Below, in pieces: positions 46,812 through 56,713 of a stretch of DNA of 64,000 nucleotides (position 1 is the stretch's first letter; every line of letters begins with the position of its first letter). Location: assembly GCA_050952225.1 (NCBI GenBank), contig JBMNKL010000003.1:169846-233845 (forward strand). Direction: 5' to 3'. This DNA is from Acetivibrionales bacterium. GTDB taxonomy: Bacteria; Bacillota; Clostridia; Acetivibrionales; DTU013. The position numbers were made by a program, and so were the translations under genes. The notes below the pieces were generated by a model that did no database searches, was not told the DNA's origin, and saw only the letters and a program-made list of their open reading frames with translations.

Positions 46812-48176
46812 ATGAGTAAGAATAATCCTGTCAAAGTCCTTTTAGAGGAGTCCGAAATCCCAAGGCAATGGTATAACATAATTGCCGACATGCCTAATAA
46901 ACCGTCGCCGTATTATAGCCCATTTACAGGTAAATTAATGGAACCCGGTGAGATGAAGGCAATTTTTCCTGATGAGCTGATTGCACAGGAAATGTCCACT
47001 GAGAGGTTTATTGATATTCCCGACGAAGTAAGGGAAATGTATAAGCAGTGGAGACCCACGCCGCTATACAGGGCAAGCAGCCTGGAAAAGCTTCTTGATA
47101 CTCCCGCAAGGATATATTACAAGTATGAAGGCGGCAACGCCACGGGCAGCCATAAGCTTAACACGGCGATTGCACAGGTTTACTACAACAAGAAAGCCGG
47201 CATCAGGCGAATTTCGACGGAAACGGGAGCAGGGCAGTGGGGAAGTGCGCTTAGTATGGCATGTAGTCATTTTGGGCTTGACTGTACTGTTTACATGGTT
47301 AAAGTAAGTTACCGACAAAAACCTTACAGGCGCTCATTCATGGAAACATTCGGGGCTAAAGTGCATGCGAGTCCGAGTACGCTGACCAATTCCGGCAGGA
47401 TGATACTTAAGGAGGACCCGGATTCAACGGGAAGCCTTGGAATAGCCATCAGCGAAGCGGTAGAAGATGCCGCGACGAATGATGATACCAACTACTCGCT
47501 GGGAAGCGTACTAAACCATGTATGCATGCACCAGACTGTTATCGGGCTTGAAGCGAAAGCCCAGCTTGAAAAGATTGATGAATACCCGGACGTTATATTT
47601 GCATGCTGCGGAGGCGGTTCGAATTTCGCAGGTATGGCTTTTCCATTCCTCATGGATAAGTTTGCCGGCAAGAAAGTCAGGGCGGTGGCAGTGGAACCGT
47701 CGGCTTGCCCGACACTTACAAAAGGGGTTTTTGGCTTCGATTACGGTGATACGGCGAAAATGGCCCCTATTGCCAAAATGTACACGCTGGGGCACGATTT
47801 CGTGCCGGAGGGCATACATGCCGGAGGGCTTAGGTATCATGGCTGCTCACCCATTGTAAGTCAGTTGTACCATGATGGGATTATAGAAGCCCTGGCTTAC
47901 GGGCAAAAATCAGTTTTTGACGCGGCAGTCATGTTTGCGCGGGCTGAGGGTATTATACCGGCGCCGGAGTCCTCTCACGCCATAAGGGCAGCGATTGATG
48001 AGGCGATACTTGCCAGGGAATCCGGGAAAGCTGAAGTTATACTTTTCAACCTGAGCGGACACGGGTATTTCGACATGTCATCATATGACTTGTATTTCAG
48101 CGGAAACATGGTTGATGTTGAATATTCAAAGGAGAGTGTCGAAAAAAGTATCGCGAAACTGCCCAGGGTAGAATAG
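46812..48176 (+). CDS. TrpB-like PLP-dependent enzyme (tryptophan synthase beta, TrpB2 type)
   Basis: The ORF is open from 46770; AGGAG precedes ATG 46812. IPRQWYNI N-terminus and YKYEGGNATGSHKLNTA with the PLP lysine. No trpA or other trp gene is nearby. Confidence 0.85.
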   Translation: MSKNNPVKVLLEESEIPRQWYNIIADMPNKPSPYYSPFTGKLMEPGEMKAIFPDELIAQEMSTERFIDIPDEVREMYKQWRPTPLYRASSLEKLLDTPARIYYKYEGGNATGSHKLNTAIAQVYYNKKAGIRRISTETGAGQWGSALSMACSHFGLDCTVYMVKVSYRQKPYRRSFMETFGAKVHASPSTLTNSGRMILKEDPDSTGSLGIAISEAVEDAATNDDTNYSLGSVLNHVCMHQTVIGLEAKAQLEKIDEYPDVIFACCGGGSNFAGMAFPFLMDKFAGKKVRAVAVEPSACPTLTKGVFGFDYGDTAKMAPIAKMYTLGHDFVPEGIHAGGLRYHGCSPIVSQLYHDGIIEALAYGQKSVFDAAVMFARAEGIIPAPESSHAIRAAIDEAILARESGKAEVILFNLSGHGYFDMSSYDLYFSGNMVDVEYSKESVEKSIAKLPRVE

Positions 48177-48250
48177 AACAGGCTGTTTCAGCCGGAGCAA
48201 CCTGACGCATGACAGTTGTTACAGAGGATTAAGGGCGGCATATAACGGTC

Positions 48251-49483
48251 TTACGGCATGCTCCGTATAGACGTATCCTTAATATAGGCCGTCCCGTTTT
48301 TTGTCTTGCCTATTGTTATGAATAAATCGGTCCTTCCGGCGTTGCTCAGTTCAAAATCAAATGCTATGCTGCCGGCAGAAACCGGGCATAAAACAATCCT
48401 GTATCTGCCTTTCTCAAGGAGAAAAGCGGCTGATTCTTCCGTATCCGTGCAAGTATTTTCAATTCGGGTACCGCTGCCTTCCGCATACAAGGCCAAATCC
48501 TGGCAAGTCGTATGCGTATTGCCGCTTTCGTCCAATATTATTACGTTAAGAAAGCATACTTCATGGTCCTTTGCGTCGGTAACCGAAACAGAACCGGTAT
48601 TTTGCACGGCAAACACAGTGGTGCCTGGAATGCCCATGCTGATAAAAGGTCGCTTTACAGATATAAGCTGTACATTCACCGTTATTGACAAAAACAGCAA
48701 AGTAAGAAGCAAGACGAAAGACCTGCTGATTAAAGGCTTACGGAAGCTTGAGCCGAAAAGCGCCAGGTCATACGGCTTCCAGGGAAAAACGCGCGAAATA
48801 ACCGCCTCAACACCGAAAAACAGGACCATTGCCGATATCAACGCCTGTATCTGCAGAAAGCGGGTGAAGTATGAAATATACCCGGTTATTGATTTTTCCA
48901 GGGTTAGTTTTGAAACAGCCAAAATGCCTTGAAGTTTTTCCATTCCGCCGGATGATACTGCGTAATGCAGGAACAATCCCAGCAACCCGGTTACTACCGG
49001 GTATATCAGCGCATACGAAGCGGCCGATGTGCGTATCCATACACGTATTTCAGCGGGAGATTTGAACAGCATTAAGGCCAGGACTGATGTGAAGGTTATT
49101 AATGAAAACATTCCCGACGCTAAAAGTATGAACCATGCACGGTCAAGAATTGCCAGGAAATCATTCATATCAACAAAACCGGCCAGCCCGCTTATCAATG
49201 ATCTAAAATTTGATTTGACGAGGTCGGGTGTTATGCCGTTTTCCGATACCACTTCCGATTGTTCATTTCCATCATGGACGCTTCCGGCAATACTTTCCAG
49301 AATACTGCTGATATTGTCGAAAAACCCAAGATTTTCGGCTGCTTCCATGTGAAATTCTTCATTAAACACGGTATTGATCAAGAGCAGCGAAAATGAGGCC
49401 AGGAATAAAGTAATCCCGGTTATCAGACCTAATACGATTATTATATATTTGTTTGAAAAACCGGTCTGTTTCATATCATTCAC
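48251..49483 (-). CDS. Multi-pass membrane protein with C-terminal extracytoplasmic domain, function unknown
   Basis: 410 aa with several hydrophobic helices. The C-terminal ~130 aa (after the last hydrophobic segment LLLTLLFLSITV) are non-hydrophobic and Thr/Ser/Gly-rich. Confidence 0.6.
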   Translation of the reverse strand: MNDMKQTGFSNKYIIIVLGLITGITLFLASFSLLLINTVFNEEFHMEAAENLGFFDNISSILESIAGSVHDGNEQSEVVSENGITPDLVKSNFRSLISGLAGFVDMNDFLAILDRAWFILLASGMFSLITFTSVLALMLFKSPAEIRVWIRTSAASYALIYPVVTGLLGLFLHYAVSSGGMEKLQGILAVSKLTLEKSITGYISYFTRFLQIQALISAMVLFFGVEAVISRVFPWKPYDLALFGSSFRKPLISRSFVLLLTLLFLSITVNVQLISVKRPFISMGIPGTTVFAVQNTGSVSVTDAKDHEVCFLNVIILDESGNTHTTCQDLALYAEGSGTRIENTCTDTEESAAFLLEKGRYRIVLCPVSAGSIAFDFELSNAGRTDLFITIGKTKNGTAYIKDTSIRSMP

Positions 49484-49705
49484 CGCTTATAAATATTCTA
49501 GCACCGGTGTGCGGTGAGGAGCCAATGTAATTGCTGGGATTTCCGGTTTCACTTTTTAGCTTTGCTGTCAGTTAGTCCCCAAGGCATTTTAAATTAACAC
49601 ACCTAATATAATTTAATGTGGCGGTGCATAAGCCGCAAAAACCGACCTGTCCGGTTAATGCAAGGCCCGTGCCGGTATGTTTCTATGGATAAGGAGGAGG
49701 GCATA

Positions 49706-51631
49706 GTGAATGAGCGTGATATTTCCGGAATCATACATAAGGATAGGCAGGAAAGGGTAAAGAACCAGTTTTCAGGTACATTTCTTGATTATATCGAGCT
49801 TGTCAGAAAGAATCCAGATTTGGCGATACTGTCACACCAAAGAATATATAATCTCATCATGGAAAAGGGAGTGGAAGTAATAAGAACCGACGAGCATCCG
49901 CGATTAAGAAAAATATACGGTAATGACACGATAAGGAAATACAAGTTTTTCAAAGACTTCTACGGGATTGACAAAACGATAATGAAAATAGCCAGGTATT
50001 TTCATTCGGCTGCAATGGCGGGAGAAGAGGCCAGGCAGGTGCTTTACCTGGTCGGTCCGGTTGGCTCCGGCAAATCTTCGATTATGGAAGCGTTAAAGAA
50101 GGCACTTGAGAACAGCGGTGAGATATATGCTTTAAAAGGCTGCCCGATGCGCGAGGAACCGTTGCACCTGGTTCCAAACCGTTTGAGAAGCAAATTTGAA
50201 GAAATCCTTGGAGTCAGGATAGAAGGCGATCTCTGTCCGGTTTGTCGTTACAGGCTTAAACATGAATATAACTGGGAATATGAGAAGTTTCCGGTGGAAA
50301 AAACGGGTTTCTCCATAAGGTCCAGGAAAGGTATAGGCGTAGTTCCGCCTGTTGACCCGAATAACCAGGATACCAGCGTACTGACCGGCAGTATTGATAT
50401 TTCCAAGATAGACATGTACCCGGAAGACGATCCAAGGGCGTTATCGCTGAACGGGGCATTTAATGTGGGAAACAGGGGCATAGTTGAATTTATCGAGGTT
50501 TTTAAGAACGAAACCGAGTACCTTCATACCATGATTACCGCGACACAGGAAAAACTAATACCGTCGCCCGGGAAAGGCCCGATGATTTATTTTGACGGCG
50601 TAATCCTGGCCCACTCCAATGAAGCCGAATGGAACAAGTTTAAATCCGACCATACAAATGAGGCTATTCTTGACAGGATAGTCAAAATTGAAGTGCCGTA
50701 TTGCCTTGAATTGAACGAGGAGATGAAAATATACGAGAAAATATTGAAAAAGAGCAGGTTTCAGGCCCATATTGCACCGCATACCATAGAAGTCGCCTCC
50801 ATGTTCGCAATTATGACCCGCCTGGCTCCGTCGGCCAAGGTCGACCTGATGAAAAAGATAAAAATATATAACGGTGAAGATATTGTAGAAAAGGGAATGA
50901 CACGGAAAATCGATATCATGGAGCTAAGGGAAGAGGCTGCGCGCGAAGGCATGACGGGCATTTCAACGCGGTTTATCATGAAAGCCCTTGATGTTGCGCT
51001 GTCTGAATCCGAGCATAACTGCATAAACCCCGTTGTGGTGATGGATACGATTGTAAAATGCGTAAAAGAGCTTTCCGTGAGTGATGAGGAGAAAAACAAG
51101 TACGTGAGGTTCGTACAGGACTCCATCAGGAAAGAATACAACAAAATCCTCGAGAAAGAGGTGACAAAAGCATTTATTTTCGGCTTCAGGGAACAGGCTG
51201 AAAGCCTTTTTAACAACTATCTCGATCATGCCGAAGCTTTTATAAACAAGTCAAGGCTGAAGGATCCCAATACAGGGGAGGAACTGGAGCCCGACGAACG
51301 TTTTATGAGGTCGATAGAGGAACAAATCGGCATTACCGAGGCGTCGGCAAAAGGTTTCAGGGGAGATGTAACAGCGTACATGTTCTTTGTGCTCCGCAGC
51401 GGCGGAAAGCTTGATTATAACAGCTATGAACCACTTAAGGAAGCTATTGAGAAAAAACTGGCCGCTTCCGTAAAAGAACTGAGCAGGGTAATAACGAAGG
51501 CCAAGGTAAGGGACGAGGAGCAGGACAGGAAATATAACGCGATGGTGGAGGAAATGAAACGAAACGGATATTGCGATCATTGCTGCAACGTTGTTTTAAA
51601 GTATAGTGCGAATAATCTGTGGAAGGACTAG
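49706..51631 (+). CDS. prkA: PrkA-family AAA+ serine protein kinase
   Basis: The ORF is open from 49616; AAGGAGGAG precedes GTG 49706, giving 641 aa. Walker A GPVGSGKSS. The gene looks intact. Confidence 0.9.
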   Translation: MNERDISGIIHKDRQERVKNQFSGTFLDYIELVRKNPDLAILSHQRIYNLIMEKGVEVIRTDEHPRLRKIYGNDTIRKYKFFKDFYGIDKTIMKIARYFHSAAMAGEEARQVLYLVGPVGSGKSSIMEALKKALENSGEIYALKGCPMREEPLHLVPNRLRSKFEEILGVRIEGDLCPVCRYRLKHEYNWEYEKFPVEKTGFSIRSRKGIGVVPPVDPNNQDTSVLTGSIDISKIDMYPEDDPRALSLNGAFNVGNRGIVEFIEVFKNETEYLHTMITATQEKLIPSPGKGPMIYFDGVILAHSNEAEWNKFKSDHTNEAILDRIVKIEVPYCLELNEEMKIYEKILKKSRFQAHIAPHTIEVASMFAIMTRLAPSAKVDLMKKIKIYNGEDIVEKGMTRKIDIMELREEAAREGMTGISTRFIMKALDVALSESEHNCINPVVVMDTIVKCVKELSVSDEEKNKYVRFVQDSIRKEYNKILEKEVTKAFIFGFREQAESLFNNYLDHAEAFINKSRLKDPNTGEELEPDERFMRSIEEQIGITEASAKGFRGDVTAYMFFVLRSGGKLDYNSYEPLKEAIEKKLAASVKELSRVITKAKVRDEEQDRKYNAMVEEMKRNGYCDHCCNVVLKYSANNLWKD

Positions 51632-51636
51632 ATTCT

Positions 51637-52810
51637 ATGGCGATTTTCAGGGACTGCGGCCAGGGCGGGAGAGAACGCTCGTCCGAGGACAGGCGAAGAC
51701 ACCGGGAACTTGTTGAGGAGTCCATCAGGAATAACATCGGCGGTATAATTTCCGAAGAGAGCATTATCGGGCAGAGCGGCAGCAAAAAAATTAAAATACC
51801 CATAAGGGGGATCAAGGAATATAGCTTTGTTTACGGCAAAAACAAACGGGGAGCGGCAACCGGCGACGGGGATGAGAAGAGGGGCGATATCGTAGGAGAG
51901 GATGAAGAAGGGAAAAATAACGGGCATGGCAGGGCCGGATGCGAGGAAGGGGAGGAAATATACGAGACCGAAATAACAATCGAAGAACTGATAGGTTACT
52001 TGTTTGACGATCTTGATTTGCCCGACATTGACAGGAAAAAGCTTTCGGCAGCCGATTCGTTCGTTGGCTTCAGAAAAAGCGGGTACCAGAGGAAAGGAAT
52101 TCCGCCGAGACTTGCCAAGACAAAGACAGTTATAGAGAAAATAAAAAGAAAGCAACTGTACATAAAGAAGCCATCCCGACAGGGAAGATGACCTGAGAAG
52201 CGGCCGGGAGCGGTTTCCCTTTGCGGAAGATGATTTGCGGTACCGCAGGCTGAGGCAAACCCGAAAAAAGGATTTTAACGCCGTCGTTATATGCATTATG
52301 GATGTTTCAGGCTCGATGGACCAGACCAAGAAGTATATGGCCAGGAGCTTTTATTTTCTTCTGTACCAGTTTTTAAGGTTAAAATATGCGAATGTCGAGG
52401 TTGTTTTCATCGCACATACTACTACGGCAAAAGAAGTGGGCGAAGTGGAGTTCTTCCACAGGGGTGAGTCAGGCGGGACGTATATCAGCAGCGGCTATGA
52501 AAAAGCCCTGGAAATAATTGAGCAGCGCTATAATCCGAAAAACTGGAACATATACGCATTCCATTGCAGCGACGGTGACAACTGGACGGAGGACAACAAA
52601 AAAGCCGTAGAACTTGCTGCCAGGCTCTGTGAAATATGCAACCTCTTTGGTTACGGAGAAATCATACCGGGGTATTATTTTGCGGGGAGCACGATAAAAT
52701 CTGAATTTATGAAACATATAAAGGCTGATAATTTTATGATTGTGACGATGTCGAGAAAAGATGACATAATTAAAGGTTTGAAAAAACTTCTCGAGAAGGA
52801 AGGGGAATAA
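51637..52810 (+). pseudogene. yhbH: YhbH/YeaH (DUF444) sporulation protein split by a +1 frameshift
   Basis: ORF 51619-52191 holds the N-terminal half. The +1 frame continues EDDLRSGRERFPFAEDDLRYRRLRQTRKKDFNAVVICIMDVSGSM... to 52810. Removing one G from the GGG at 52182-52184 joins the two frames. Confidence 0.85.
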
Positions 52811-52839
52811 GAAGGACGGATTTGACAGGAGATTGAAAT

Positions 52840-54230
52840 ATGGCTGATTATAGCATGGAAGAATTAAAGAGGTGGAATCAGCGAATTGAAGAGCTTGTTA
52901 TAAAAAGCGGCCTGGATTGCTATGAACAGGAATTTGAGCTCGTAAATTTCGACGAAATGGCCGAAACCGAAGCCTATGCCGGGATGCCGTCACGATATCC
53001 GCATTGGAGCTTCGGCAAGGCATACGAAAGAATAAGGACTCTCAACAGGTATAACCTGGCCGGCCTGCCGTACGAGATGGTTATAAATTCAAATCCTTGC
53101 ATCGCTTACCTTATGACAGACAATTCGTTGCTGCTGCAGATCCTTACCATGGCCCATGTCTACGGACACAATGACTTTTTTAAGAATAACCGGCTTGTTT
53201 AGGCTGGGCACGAGGGCTGAACTGGCAATAGAAATGTTTAAAAACCATGCCGTCAGGATAAGGGAATACATAAGCGACCCCAGTATCGGCTATTGCGAGG
53301 TCGAGCGGGTGATTAACGCGGCGCACGCATTGAGGTTCCAGTGCGCCAGGACGATTGGCGCCAAGCAGGCTTGATTATGATGAGGTCAGGAAAAGACGCC
53401 TGGAAAGCCTTGAGAAGTCCGGGGAGCGTTTTTCGCAGGAAGGACAGGAAAGGCAGTTGTTTATTGCTGAAGCAGATATGAAACAGATACCTCCCGAACC
53501 CGAGGAAGATTTGCTTTATTTTATCGGGACGTATGGAAGGCTCTGTGAATGGCAAAGAGATATCATAGATATGATAAGAGAGGAAACCCTTTATTTTATT
53601 CCCCAGGCGGAAACGAAAATTATGAACGAAGGATGGGCGTGCTATTGGCATTATCATTTGCTGAACAACTTGAATCTCCCGCAGAAACTGCACTTTGAAT
53701 TTTTAAAGAGGCACAACCAGGTGGTTAAGCCGTACGAGGGAGGGATAAATCCGTATTATCTTGGTTTTAAGATTTTTGAAGATATTAATATGCGGAATCC
53801 GGGCAACCCGAAAAAGATTTTCGAAGTACGTGAAATCGAACGGGACGAATCGTTTATACGAAGATACCTGACTGCCGGGTTATGCTGTGAGCTCAAGCTT
53901 TATGAGTATAAAAAGGACGGCAATGAATACGTAATCTCGGAAGTGGCTGATGAAGAAGGTTGGTTCAAAATAAGGGATACAATTGCCGCATCTGCAGGTC
54001 TCGGCAGTATTCCCGTGATAAAGGTGACGGACTGGAACCAGAAGGACAACACTATTTTGTTGCAGCACATATATGACGGAAGAGAGTTGGATATGCGGTA
54101 CGCGGAAGAGACTCTCAAGCATATGGCAGACTTGTGGGAGGGAAGGATTATGCTTAATACGGTGGTTGAGGAAAGGAAGCGGACCATCCTGTGCGATGAG
54201 CAGAAAAAGATCGTGCTTATAAAGGCATAG
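52840..54230 (+). pseudogene. spoVR: SpoVR-family protein split into three frames by two +1 frameshifts
   Basis: Frame a ends ...AHVYGHNDFFKNNRL. Frame b reads FRLGTRAELAIEMFKNHAVRIREYISDPSIGYCEVERVINAAHALRFQ. Frame c reads LDYDEVRKRRLE...NEGWACYWHYHLLN... to 54230. Extra bases lie at about 53196-53197 and about 53368-53369. Confidence 0.85.
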
Positions 54231-54331
54231 CAAGCGCGAGGGACACCTGGAAGAACCGGCGGATAGGGCGGCTTGCTTTATCCGGGAATGACGCATAAGC
54301 AGGAAGCATGTCACAGGCTTCCCATCGTTAT

Positions 54332-55459
54332 TTACTCATTCCTAAAATTCTCTATATTCTTTTCTTTTTTATAGAAGCGCGGTACGTTTGCCTGTATGCC
54401 TTCGACAGTATAGAAGGGATCTTCTTTTGTGATGGGCAGTCTGACAACTTTTTTTAGTGAAGCTGATTCGTATATGGCTGTAATCAACTCAACCGTGGCC
54501 TTTCCGTCTTCGCCGGTTATAAGCGGTTTTTCTCCCGTTTCTACCGCTTTGAGCACATCCTTGATCAGCGGAGTATGATTGGTGTATTTTTGTTTGGGAA
54601 GGGAATAGTAAAACCTTTCTATCTCGCGTTCCAGTTTTTCGTTTCTTTCGGGGAATCCGTTGCTCTTAGGCAGGGAAGCGTATACTTTCCAGGGAACTGA
54701 TATCCTGGCGTTCTTTCCCTGCAAAACAATCCGCTGTTCTTCGCCATGATGGACTACTGAACTGGTGATCTGGCCGAGAGCCCCGTTTTTATATCGAAGC
54801 AATGCGATGGACAGGTCCTCCACTTCCGCGTTGTCATGGGACGTATTGCTCATTATTGCCTGGACCTCTTCGGGTTTTCCCATCAGCCAAAGCATCAGGT
54901 CTATGTGATGGACTGCATGGTTCAGGGTACAGCCGCCGCCTTCCTTTTCCCATGTGCCTCTCCACCATAAATCGTAGTAACAGCGTCCTCTCCACCAGAA
55001 AGAATCGGCCTGTGCATGGACAATTTCACCTGCCATGCCGGAATCCAAGACTTTCTTAAGCCTCATGGGGACGGTCTTGTAGCGGTTTTGTGCAACAACG
55101 GAGACCAGTTTTCTATTCCGTTCCGCAGCTTCAAGTATTTTGTCACATTCTTCGAGTGACGCTGCCATGGGCATCTCGATGAGTACGTTTTTCCCGGCAT
55201 TCAGGCTATTTATGGCTATTTCCGCATGAACATAGGGAGGAGTGCAGATGTCAATCAAATCAATATCCATGTCAAGAATTTTATGATGGTCATCGTATAC
55301 TTCAGCGTCTTTTAGCTGAAAGAATTCCTTTTTATTCAGTGCTTTCTGGGGATAAATATCAACCAGGGCCGCAATTTTGCATTTATCAGAGAATTGAAGG
55401 TACCCGGCGATATGGCTTGGTGCAACGCTGCCTGTGCCGATAATGGCGACTTTAATCAT
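54332..55459 (-). CDS. Gfo/Idh/MocA-family NAD(P)-dependent oxidoreductase
   Basis: The ORF is open from 55483; GGGAGGT precedes ATG 55459. The N-terminus is the Rossmann motif MIKVAIIGTGSVAPSH. Confidence 0.85.
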   Translation of the reverse strand: MIKVAIIGTGSVAPSHIAGYLQFSDKCKIAALVDIYPQKALNKKEFFQLKDAEVYDDHHKILDMDIDLIDICTPPYVHAEIAINSLNAGKNVLIEMPMAASLEECDKILEAAERNRKLVSVVAQNRYKTVPMRLKKVLDSGMAGEIVHAQADSFWWRGRCYYDLWWRGTWEKEGGGCTLNHAVHHIDLMLWLMGKPEEVQAIMSNTSHDNAEVEDLSIALLRYKNGALGQITSSVVHHGEEQRIVLQGKNARISVPWKVYASLPKSNGFPERNEKLEREIERFYYSLPKQKYTNHTPLIKDVLKAVETGEKPLITGEDGKATVELITAIYESASLKKVVRLPITKEDPFYTVEGIQANVPRFYKKEKNIENFRNE

Positions 55460-55565
55460 ATTCTTTACCTCCCGGTTACGCAATTTAGCCCGGATTGGAC
55501 AATCAGCAACGCGAACCGCCTTAGTCTGCCGGTTGTCTGCGTTAAGGCAATTGATTGTCTAAACC

Positions 55566-55586
55566 CGTAAACTGAACGTAAACTGA
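55566..55586. promoter_or_regulatory. Two 10-bp direct repeats CGTAAACTGA with 11-bp period (candidate regulator site)
   Basis: Repeats at 55566-55575 and 55577-55586, in the divergent region between the oxidoreductase and AraC genes. Confidence 0.3.
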
Positions 55587-55778
55587 TTGCCTTGCCCGGG
55601 ACAATAGTTTATGATACTATCTTAAATTTTCTTTAGTTGAAATACCATGAAATATCTGATACTGTTATTTAAATACATGCAAATAAGCAATATGTATGAA
55701 TGGCCGGTATATTTAAGGGACAAGGACGTTGTAACGCTGTAATATTTGTACTAAATGATAATTTGGGGGCAATAAATC

Positions 55779-56606
55779 ATGGAAACTGGTTCATATGGTT
55801 TTCTTTATAACATTTTTCCGGAGCTGTTTTACGTGGTGGATCGCAGCGCGACACCGGCATGGGTGTTGAATGATTTTATGTATAGCCACAATATCATGCT
55901 CGTATACGGCGGACAAGCCGAGTTTTTCTGTAATAACAGCGTTTGTACGGCTAAAAAAGGAGACATGATATACTATAAGCCAGGGGATGCCAGGTATGCA
56001 AGAACGTTTCCCGGGAACCCGATAAAATGCTTTGCTGTTGACTTTCAGTACGCATGCCCGGTGTTCCGGAACGGAGAATGGGAAATAATGTATGCTGATC
56101 TTCCTTTTTCATTTTTTCAGAGCATCACGGACGAGATGCTTTTTTCAAAGCTGACAGATCTGTTTTCAAGGCTTGCGAAATCGGCGCTTACCGCAAACAG
56201 GTTTGGCAGACGCGAAAAGGAGGTTTTTACAGAAATCCTGCTATTGCTGTTTGAGTATTGCGGGAAAAACCGGTACAATTATTCAAATATCCGGAAAGTT
56301 GAAAGAGTCATAAACTATATGACAGAAAATTTTGCAGGGCACGTTACTCTTGGCGAACTGGCCCGATATGCCGGTATCTGCCCGTCGTACCTGGGCAGGA
56401 TTTTTAAGAGGATCACCGGCAGGTCAACCATGGATTATCTTATTGAGATACGCATAAACAGGGCAAAGATTCTCCTGAGAGATGGATTCTCGGTTTCGGA
56501 GACGTCAAGGCTTGTCGGGTTTAACGATATTTATTATTTCAGCCGGGCGTTTAAGGAGCGTGTGGGAATCTGCCCGTCAAAATACTTCGGCGTTTCGGCT
56601 ATGTAA
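55779..56606 (+). CDS. AraC-family transcriptional regulator (cupin sensor plus HTH)
   Basis: 275 aa. The C-terminal dual HTH reads ...LGELARYAGICPSYLGRIFKRITG...SETSRLVGFNDIYYFSRAFK. Confidence 0.9.
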   Translation: METGSYGFLYNIFPELFYVVDRSATPAWVLNDFMYSHNIMLVYGGQAEFFCNNSVCTAKKGDMIYYKPGDARYARTFPGNPIKCFAVDFQYACPVFRNGEWEIMYADLPFSFFQSITDEMLFSKLTDLFSRLAKSALTANRFGRREKEVFTEILLLLFEYCGKNRYNYSNIRKVERVINYMTENFAGHVTLGELARYAGICPSYLGRIFKRITGRSTMDYLIEIRINRAKILLRDGFSVSETSRLVGFNDIYYFSRAFKERVGICPSKYFGVSAM

Positions 56607-56713
56607 ACTATTATATTTTGACAGTATATGATAAAATAAAATGACTGGTAATTACAGTATGCGGTTTCATGATAATAGTTAAAGAAAGCTCCTGGGGAGG
56701 CGGGGTTTGAAAT

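Noticed and set aside
49560-49640. Sigma-E type promoter upstream of prkA (AATATA...CATAAG).
   Set aside because: The match to the -35 and -10 consensus is partial and the spacing is uncertain, so it is not supportable without transcript data.
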